From contig CAIIXF020000001.1 in the NCBI GenBank assembly GCA_903813345.2, positions 28,582,001 to 28,646,000 on the forward strand: a stretch of 64,000 nt of DNA, written 5' to 3'. This DNA is from Owenia fusiformis (lineage: Eukaryota). The translations under genes were made by a program, and so were the position numbers. Shown here one piece after another: positions 25,401 to 35,000 of this stretch (position 1 is the stretch's first letter; each line of letters starts with the position of its first letter). The notes below the pieces were generated by a model, which was given only the letters and a program-made list of their open reading frames with translations, searched no databases and was not told where the DNA came from.

Positions 25401-27760
25401 ACAAAATAAACGTCAAAATGCAACATATACCAGTATACAGTTAGATTTGGGCTATTTTTGCAATATTTTTGCAAGGACTTGAAAATGAAATGTTTGATTA
25501 CAGAGCACTGAAGGACAGTATTGCATCTGGTCCTTTCCCGCGCCTGACCCAGTGCTCCGCCGTCGTCTGTACTTTCTCTACTGGCTCTGTGTCCTTTACA
25601 TCATACCTTTCATCATAATGGCCTTCGCCTATCTGTCCATCAGCGTGTTCCTCTGGAGGAGTATCTCCAAGGCTGGGGGTCTCAAAGGGGGACAGACACC
25701 GCAGAATGGCACTGCACCAAAGACTACAGATGACAGTCAAGGTCGGATAAAGGTCAGTATAAATGATTACTTTGACTAACACTAAGTTACTCCTATAAAA
25801 ATTCGACCATCATCTCACCCTATGCAGACAGAGCCTGTGGGAAATATTGGGTGCGGAGCAAATGAGCGGAGGGTGCGGAGCTAACGGTCATTTTTGAATT
25901 TAAATTTGGGATATTTCTGAAACTAAGCCGTTTTGGGACTTCAAATATACCAAGATATGTGTATTTGACACCAAATATCAATACAATTGTGAAAATAGTA
26001 GTGCAATTCATTCTATAGCGACGCAGTGTGCCTTAAAACTTTCCCAGATCTATATATTTTGAAATTATCCTGTTAATACTGAGTCCCCAGCATTCATAAA
26101 AATGGTGTTCAAGGTACACTATCTATACAAATTATTTTTGCATCTTGGAAGCCAGGCAGTATCTGTGTGATTTTATAAAAATTCGGAAATGTTCTTCAGA
26201 TATGAGCCCCCTCTAAATATTGGGTGCGGAGCTACGTTTATGGAGCTATAAACGTAGCTCCGCACCCAATATTTAGAGGGGGCTCATATCTGAAGCACAT
26301 TTCCGAATTTTTATAAAATCACACAGATACTGCCTGGCTTCCAAAATGCAAAAATAATTTGCATGGGTAGTGTATCTTGAACACCATTTTTTATGAATGC
26401 TGGGGACGCAGTATTAAAAGGATAGTCTCAAAATATATAGGTCTGGGAAATATTTAAGGCATACTGCGTCGCTATAAAATGAATTGCACTACTATTTTCA
26501 CAATTTTATTGATATTTGGTGTCAAATACACATATCTTGGTATATTTGAAGTCCCAAAACGGCTTAGTTTCAGAAATATCCCAATTTTAAATTCAAAAAT
26601 GACCGTTAGCTCCGCACCCTCCGCTCATTTGCGCCGCACCCAATATTTCCCACAGGCTCTGTCTGCATAGGGTGCATCTTCCTATCACCAGTGAAAAATT
26701 CAAGTACGCAAATAAAATGATACCAAAATCAATTCAAAAGCATGATACGATCAAGCACGCTGATGTAATACCTCAGTCACATTTGATCTACGGTAACCGT
26801 ACGGCAACCGCAACTTCCCAAAATCAAGAGAAATATGCAGTTTAAAATATAGGGATAAGCAGTACGATGGAGATTCTCCATATCGATTTTGTGAAGCTAC
26901 GGCCGCCGTAGTGCCGCCATAGAGCAAAGGTGACTGAGGCGTAATCCACAATTGGTCTAAAAGCCCCACCAAGCTTGATTACTTAACAATGACTGAATAT
27001 TGACTTCCAGGTAATCAAGATGCTGATCAGCGTAATGGTCATCTTCATGATTTGCTGGGGCCCTATTCTCATTCTTGATGTCGTGGACACATTCTACGCA
27101 TTGGCTCTTGTACTTCGACCTGTAGGGACATCTAGAGAGCTGAAACTTTGGCTCCGGTTGTTGGCCTATTTCAACAGCTGTATAAACCCCATATTATACT
27201 GTTTCCTGTCCAGGTAAGTTTCTTGTTTTTTGAGCTAATTGATACTATCACACAATCAGCGTACCAATTTTGGTCCAAGGTATTTCACTTCTTTCTTCCT
27301 GAATTGAAATAGCAATGAAGCATTTTGATGAAGGATGATTTTAAACAATTATAAATCTCCCATCTTGGAAATTGATATATAGGGCCAAAGTGAAACGCCT
27401 GGTGAGAAAGATGCAGGCTTAGACATTTGAGCTAAAACCGTTCATATGCAGTCTTTAGATGTTAGAGATGCTTGAATTTTACACATCTCTGTACTTTGGC
27501 ATGCCGCCTCTTTTAGAAACTATTCTCTAATGTTTTTGAGAGGAAACTGTCCCAATGTGTAACTTGATTTTGACATCTTACAAATGTATTTTTGTAGAAA
27601 GTTCCGTCAAAGTTTCCTGAAGATTTGTGTATGTGGCAGGAAGAGCAGAAGCCAGAAATATCTAAATACCCCCAATACAACAACAACATCAACCAGTGCC
27701 TCTATGAAGGCAAACACTAATACAGCTATCTCTAATGGGGCCACCACCACAAAATTCTAG
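16454..27760 (+). CDS. Class A (rhodopsin-type) GPCR, neuropeptide-receptor-like, ~506 aa, 8 coding exons
   Basis: Exons 16454-16496, 21999-22493, 23344-23465, 24698-24819, 25103-25226, 25504-25752, 27011-27213, 27598-27760. All introns GT-AG with compatible phases (1521 nt). Motifs: GN (TM1), LSCAD (TM2), C3.25, ERY, W4.50, ECL2 Cys, CWGP, NSCINPILY, helix 8 KFRQSF, CVC. The first exon is less certain than exons 2-8. Confidence 0.92.
17087..17186. mobile_element. 100-bp hairpin mini element, TAG termini, 9-bp TSD (AcademH-like)
   Basis: TIR TAGCCTTGCCCAAGT / ACTTGGGCAAGGCTA; TTTCACAAA at 17078-17086 and 17187-17195. Confidence 0.85.
18035..18300. repeat. Degenerate ~39-bp minisatellite
   Basis: Recurring (G/A)TATTTTAGTCGAGGG...GTAT...GCTTTTG units. 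Confidence 0.7.
19986..20337. mobile_element. Tc1/mariner-like MITE (TA TSD)
   Basis: TACAGAGTGGGCTAAAAA ... TTTTTGGCCCACCCTGTA. Related termini at 11168, ~55180-55197 and 61428. Confidence 0.65.
20897..21076. mobile_element. pogo/Tigger-like MITE (TACAGTAAAAC...GTTTTACTGTA)
   Basis: Terminal inverted repeat with TA ends and internal GTGAACACC repeats. Relatives at 37945-38130, 38836-39063 and 46840-47320. Confidence 0.75.
22676..22809 (+). mobile_element. Short HINE/Helentron-like dispersed repeat (copy 1 of 5)
   Basis: ACAAGGCATTAACATGCAAAATGTC.CCAC ... GGTGGTGACATAA. Other copies at ~29399-29511, ~37134-37264, ~42751-42868 and ~45036-45185, with a 3' hairpin ATGTCACCAC...GTGGTGACAT. Confidence 0.7.
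25816..26674. mobile_element. 859-bp fully palindromic (foldback) element, CAC termini, 5-bp TSD
   Basis: CACCCTATGCAGACAGAGCC...GGCTCTGTCTGCATAGGGTG with arms matching up to the centre at ~26245. CATCT at 25811-25815 and 26675-26679. Confidence 0.93.
26846..26941 (+). repeat. Dispersed repeat shared with 56948-57031
   Basis: AATATAGGGATAAGCAGTA.GATG.AGATT...ATCGATTTTGTGAAGCTAC.GCCGC...TAGAGCAAA.GTGACT occurs in both places. Confidence 0.75.
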
Positions 27761-27914
27761 ACATTACCCGGGCTCTCCCCATTGGTACTGCTATCTATGA
27801 CGAGGCCACCACCACAAAATTATAAGCAACACCTAGGATCTCCCCATTGGTACAGCTATCTCTAAAGGGGCCCAATCACAAATTTCTAGGCATCACCCGG
27901 GATCAGCCCACTGG
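27721..27914 (+). repeat. Three 65-bp tandem copies overlapping the GPCR stop codon
   Basis: Units start at 27721, 27786 and 27851 (TAC.GCTATCT...CACAAA.TT.TA...CCCCA.TGG). Confidence 0.85.
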
Positions 27915-29060
27915 TGCATGGAACAACCATTGATCAAGTTCCAAAGCATCTTATTCAACTTATTAATCCTGATTTACCAGACAAACTTATCTAGGTCTGA
28001 GGAGATAAAGACTGGAGAGAGTCTAAGAAAACGTTTGATACATGTGTACATGTAAATCCACACCATATGTATTCCTTTCAGTCATATCAGAGTCACAAGT
28101 GGGTAGGTACGTGTGTTCATTTCATAGGACCTAAACCAGACATTTCCAGAGGGGCTTCACAGAAAATACATTAAATATACCAGATGACTAGTTGTAGAAA
28201 GATTCTGTAAAGCGATATAAGAGAATGGCAGACATGTGAGAAATTCAATGACAGATATGTTACACAGTTATACAAAACAGCTAAATATGATTGCTAAATA
28301 CATTAATATTGAATAGAGAACCATTCTTATTGGACAGTCAAGATACTGTACTTCTCACAATAGGCAATTACAACTGCCTATTAGAGGCATCCGGTCTAGA
28401 CAAGCTCCAAATGACCTTCAAGTACCTTATGTACAATTCCCGATTATTCTAATTAATGCATTTATCACAAAGAATTGTATATAGGAATGCATTTTTTATA
28501 GAAATGCATTGTACATATTGTAGATGCTGGCATCTGTGTGCAATATGTGAAATTATTTTACTTCTACTAAATCCTTATTTTCTTAAAAAGGTTTACAGCA
28601 TTGAAAAAGGTGTTCTATATTATCAATGTAATAAAAAAAAAGAAGTGATATACATAAACAATAAACATACATATACATTTGGTTGCATATTTGTGCACCT
28701 TGCTTGCAATTATGTCACCCCTATCTCTTATTTTAGCTTTGAATGGTCGATTTATTATTTCCTCCTATTGATGGAGAAAAAGATCTTGTCATTGAGATGT
28801 CCATAATTGAACAAACTGTTTACAAAAACTTATGTAAAAATGCGGGTTTATTTTCTACTAAAAATCAGAGAGCAAGTGCCAAAAAGGACACATATGTTGA
28901 CAGTTTTTGGAATATTTGGGAATATCTTCAAAATTGTATGATTTGTACATATATAAATGTATGTTATCCTTATATAATACATGCATTAAATAAATTGAAT
29001 TTGTCCTCAAAACATGTATAAATATTTTGTGTTTAAGGAAGAAAATAATAGATGTCAGAT

Positions 29061-32000
29061 CTAAGATTTCTCCTGAGATACAATTCTGGAAACTGGTAGA
29101 ATATTGAGGTTATCTTTATATTTCTGAATGTCATCAATGCCTATAGCCCTACCCCCACTTTGGCTTAGAATGTCAGATACAGATTCGTAGCTGAGAGTCC
29201 ATTCCTTCGATATAACAGATGATGTATCCCCCGAGCTAGTTACTGAGGTAGGTTTATCTTTGAATTTCTGAGTGTCCTTGTCACCGGATTCTTCATTGGG
29301 TGTTTTATCATACGCAGATATCTGTAATTCATGGAAATCATTGGTAGTAGTGATACGTGAGAGGAATCAGTATACTTTAGATAATAAAATATTTCTTAAC
29401 AAGGCATAGACTTGCAAAATGTCACCACATGCCATTTGTTACACTTGCCACATGCCAACCACAGAAGAGAGACTATAACAATATGTTACCACTTCTGGTG
29501 GTGGCATTAAAATCATCTAACAATGGAGTAACCCAATATGTCCCTTCTAAACAACTTTCCAAGATGTTTTGTGTAGCAAATAAAATCATTAATCATTCAA
29601 ATTTTATGCTTTTGCTTTCATCTGAAAGGAGAAAAATAAAGAATGAGTCATACCTGTACACTGAGTTTTCTCCTGTTGTCATTAGCCATCATGACTGTCT
29701 TATACCATGCCTTGTACTCATCTAGCTTCAGTGTACCAATCTCGGTGATCTGTGATACGAAATATTGTAATCAATAAAATGTTCATAATTTTTTTTTTTT
29801 TAATAATCATTTATTTCAAATATATACTATACATACGATAATACAATAATAACGTTTGACAAGGTTACAAGTAACATTATTGTCAAACTGAAAACCTTAA
29901 TGTAGTTACATTCATAATTTTTACTTTAGAAAGAAAGATTCATTATTTTATTTAAAATGGTCAAGTTGTCAAGTCATAAAATGGTCAAGTTGTCATGTTC
30001 ATAATTCCAGTGGTGTTCGGGTTAAAGAGCTTTTATAATATATGCATATTAACTGAAAATTGTTAGATGATAAAAATGATAATTATACATTTCTCTATAT
30101 CGATAGCTCATGTCAAAAAACTATAAATGACAATACTCAAGCAAAAAGTTCAAATATTCATACCTCTTTAGGAATTCTGTCAAAGAAGTAGAGTTGCGTA
30201 AGGATCTGGTTCCAATGTCTGTCCACTTCCTCTCCCATGTTGCTGTCCTCACATCTCTTCAGTTTCACCAGAGTGTCAATCTATAATGAATGCACAAACA
30301 AGCATATTATTGTACCATACCAAATTATCATATCATGAGGGTGTCAACCTATAATGCATTATCAAAGGCGTACCAGATGGTTGCAAATTTGCTCCAAATT
30401 TCAAAATTTTCCTGGGGGAGAACCCCCAGACAACCCTGAATGCTCGTTTTTGTTTCACTCAAATCTTGTTCCTGTGGTGGTGGCGTACTACTTAGAAAAA
30501 TAGCGCTATGCCCATGATTATGATATCATCTAATATTCTCTTTTCCAAAATGAAGCACTATTTTATATTTTAAAAATTTGATTCAAATTTTAAAAATTAT
30601 ATGTTGAAATATTACTACTACATTCAGCTATTGCCATATAAGCATAAACACAGAGATGGAAATGGGCTATAAAGTTCAGTAATGTTAATACATACAAGGG
30701 TGTCAAACAGCTCCTGTGTCGTATCAGCTACCATTTTGCCAAACTCCTTCACAAAGTTCTCTATGTGGTCATTTAGCTCACTCATACTGTAAAACATGCA
30801 AATAAATTTTTAGACTGATTGTTGTGATTTACAAAGGACAAAATCATGGACATTAGACAGAAAGGCACATTTTTGGTCACATTCATATTCATATATCATA
30901 TGTATATCTCGGCCACTCAATTTCAAAGATACACTATAGTACCAATACACTATATACCTAGTACACTATAGTCCAGATTTTAACATTCCATTCATCCTTA
31001 AAATGAGGAAACTGAAAATGATCATATCATTCTTACCTGGCAGTGGATGTCTGGCTCTGCACTGTCACTGAAAGGCCTAAGATGCCACATGTATCTCTAT
31101 GGTAAGAGAACACACCATACCCAAGCTGCTCTCTTGTGCGCAATATGTCAAAACATGGCTCCTCCATTTGCATCTAAATGGTCATAATAAATGTGCAATT
31201 ACATGTGATAAATACTTAATGGTGAATACACCAATGTACACTGAACAGAATTCTCTCCTAAAATGAGATGTCATATTTGATATGAAATTAGCATTAAGAT
31301 TGGACATACTTCAATGCTTCTATATGATCCCTAAAGAACACAAACGAATGAAACTGAGTTCCATAAAATTATCATATTCAGATAAACACAATCATGTAAG
31401 AATATTACTGACATATAGCAAATTATTTTCTACAAATTTCTACAAAAAATGAACTTACATTCAACAGTTCATTCACGACAGCCATATGTAGTGTTCCAGG
31501 CCCTGTCTGGTAGTAGTTGGTGATCCCAGTGTTACAGTCACCTTCATTGAATGTCTTAACACGGACATAGCTATCCTTAGTGGGCAGCTCCACCACACGT
31601 CGCTATAATAAATAAATACAAAGATAAAGTATGAGCTATCAAATTGTGTTTGCATAAGACACATAATACTTGCAAAAATCAATGTTGAATACACCATATC
31701 CAAGTTTTCTTTGGGATCATTCCTAAATTATGGTGATCTGAGACAGACAAGCATGAGAATGCATGCAGTAAAAGCAAATAAATAAACTTCCTTTGAAACT
31801 GCATTCAGTTAAGAGATCAGACCAAGTTCAACTAGAAAACAGCACCTCCACGGAGTAGCAAATCCCACCGAACAAAACATATTTTGATAAATAGCCGCCA
31901 TCTTGAAAATTAATGAAAGACCAAATCCGTACAATGTTATTTAAGTCATCAAGGATTATGTTTTTTGCAAAAAAATGGTGGCCATTTTTATCAAAGTTTA

Positions 32001-35000
32001 TGTTTTTTAGGAAAAATGGTAGCCATTTTGATATTCAGGTGCTACCTTGGAAATATTTTCTCAAACAGAGCTAGTTTGTGACTAAGCATCAGCATATAAA
32101 ATTTGAACAATATCTGTCCATTTGTATTTGAGTTATCAAAGATTAGGTTTTTCATGAAAAATGGCAGCCATTTTGAAATTCAGTGGCCATGTTGAAATTT
32201 TCTTCTTGAGCTGAGCTCCTTTGTCCCTAGGCATCAACATATAAAAAAGATAATGTTCTTTTATGAAAAATGGTAGCCATTTTGAAATCCAGCTGACATC
32301 TTGAAAATTCCCTCTGCAGTAGAGCTCCTGTGTCCCTAGGCATCACCATACACAATTTGAACAATATCCCTTGACTAGTATCTGAGCTCTCAAAGATTAC
32401 ATTTTTTATGAATAATGGTGGCTATTTTGAATTGAGCTGTCATATTGCAAATTCCCTCTTGAGCTGATGACACTAGCAGCTAATTACAACAAAAGCCTGA
32501 TGTCAAAGTGCCAGTATAAGCAGCAACAATACTTAATCATTTTAAATTACCTCAACAAACCCAGTGCCATGGAAAGGATCACTTGAAAACTGTTGTTAGA
32601 TGCATATTTAAATCTTTGAGGAAAAGTACATTTGGCTATATTGCATACTAACAAACATAGCCATGTCAGACTGACCTACAGTATAAAGACACAAATAAGC
32701 ATCTACTGTCAGATTGACTTTTACCATAACACAAACACAAATAAGCACGTGGATAACAGACACAAACCAGAACAACGGCAACGCCAAAGCGTAGCGAATC
32801 CCATCGAACAGAAATGGCTGGCATTTTTACAAACGAATAGCAAATATCATAAAACAACACACCAGAAAGGCCACCATTTTCAAAATGGTTGCTCACTAGC
32901 CAAGTTGTCATCAGAAGAAATAATATGCTTTTCAGTAGCCACCTCTAAAATTTTTGAAAAATCGCACACGTACTTGTAAAATAACACACATAAAAATGGT
33001 GGCCATTTTTCAAAATGGCCAACTACTCCCTAAAGTTTTATTAGACAATGTGCCATGCTTAAAGTATTCACATATCAAATATGAACAAAATTGCTCCACT
33101 ACTTTTCGAGTTATAGTAAAATACGTTAAAATGGCGGCCATTTTTCAAAAAAATTTTCAAAATGGCCGCCTTCTACCAAAAGTGTCATAGGACAGTGTGC
33201 CATGCTTATAGTATTCAGATACCAAATATGAACAAAATCGCTCCACTACTTTTCGAGTTATAGTAAAATACGTTAAAATGGCGGCCATTTTTGAATTTTT
33301 TTTTCAAAATTAGAAAGGTGTGTACTAAAGTTGCTTGCTGTTACACACGAGAAGCAGAGAAAGAAACTATTCAGATACCAAATATGAACAAAATCGCTCC
33401 ACTACTTTTCGAGTTATAGTAAAATACGTTAAAATGGCGGCCATTTTGAAAAAAAAATTGAAAAATGGCCGCCATTTTAACGTATTCTTCTACCAAAAGT
33501 GTCTTTAGACAGTGTACAATGCTTATAGTATTCACATACCAAATATGAACAAAATCGCTCCACTATTTTTTGAGTTATAGCAAAAATCGTAAAATGACGA
33601 GTAAAGGCCGCCATTTTTCAAGATGGCTGCCATGTGCTTCTTTAATATCTACATTTGTAGCATTATTAATGTCCTTTATAATTTTTTACATTTAAAACAT
33701 ATTGATATAACAGTTTTACATATTGCACCTAAATTACTGTAAAATCGGCACTAAAATGGCCGCCATTTTGAAATGAGCGGCCATTTTGAAAATCGGCTTT
33801 CGAGCAGAACTTCTACCCCCATAAGGTATATGTGTACAAAATATGAACAAAATCGGGCCAACGGTATTTGAGTTATTGCCCGGACGGACGGACGGACAGA
33901 CGGACGGACATGTCCGTACGTAAAGACGTACGTACGTACGTACGGACGGACGGACGGAGGCGTTCCCTATATCCCTCCGAACTTCGTTCGATGGGATAAT
34001 AACCGTCCACTTAGCATATGCATACATGAGGAACAGACGAAGCTAAACACATAAAGAGAGATTTAGTATCTAAAAAAAAGTTTAAAAACTAAGATGAATT
34101 TCTCTGGAAAAGCTATCATCGTGACTGGTTCAAACAGGGGTATTGGTAGGGCAACAGCATTGTTGTTTGCAAGACAAGGAGCTAATGTGCTAATCCATGG
34201 AAGGGACCTTGAGACACTTGAACAAACTGTGAATGAATGTAAACAGATTGGTGCTGAAAATGACAAGTTTCCAATGGTACAAGGTGATGTTCAGGACCCT
34301 GGATTATTGAAGAAAATATTCCAAATGGCAGTTGATGAATTTGGAAAAATCGACGTACTTGTGAATAATGTTGGATGTGTTGGATCAGATGGAACCGAAG
34401 AAAACTTTGATTTAAACATCAACGTTAACCTGAAAACACCAATATTTCTGTCGCAGATGTGCTTTCCAGAATTAAAGAAGACTCATGGAAATATTGTAAA
34501 TGTTTCCTCCGTTTATGCTGAACGCCCTAATGTCGTTGGGGCACTTTTTTACAGTATTGCAAAGGCTGGAGTAAGCCAGTTCACGCGATGTGCTGGTATA
34601 GAGTTATAGATGCCGTTTGTCCAGGATGGGTCAAAACCCACGAACTGACAAGAACTGGATTGTTTAAAAGTAAAGATGAAGAGGATGCTGAATATGAGAG
34701 AGCAACAAAGCAAGTGCCCCTCCCTGCAGACAAAAGGATTGGGACTGCTGAGGAAACTGCCAAACTTATTGTGTATCTTGCATCTGATGATGCTTCTATG
34801 ATGAATGGTGCATGTATTGTTCAGGACGGTGGGATGAGCTTGGTTGGAATTGATACAAAGACAATTGAAAAGTATAACAATTAGAAAGGTGTGTACTAAA
34901 GTTGCTTGCTGTTACACACGAGAAGCAGAGAAAGAAACTAATATAACACAAACAATGTTAATTCTGGCACATACCCTCTTATACTATACATACCCCCTCC

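Noticed and set aside
25820-26670. Twin 63-aa ORFs on opposite strands (MNCTTIFT...)
   Set aside because: They are mirror images created by the palindromic element, with no protein motif.
34588-34609. Programmed -1 ribosomal frameshift in the SDR
   Set aside because: There is no slippery heptamer, and conserved residues are physically missing, which indicates a deletion.
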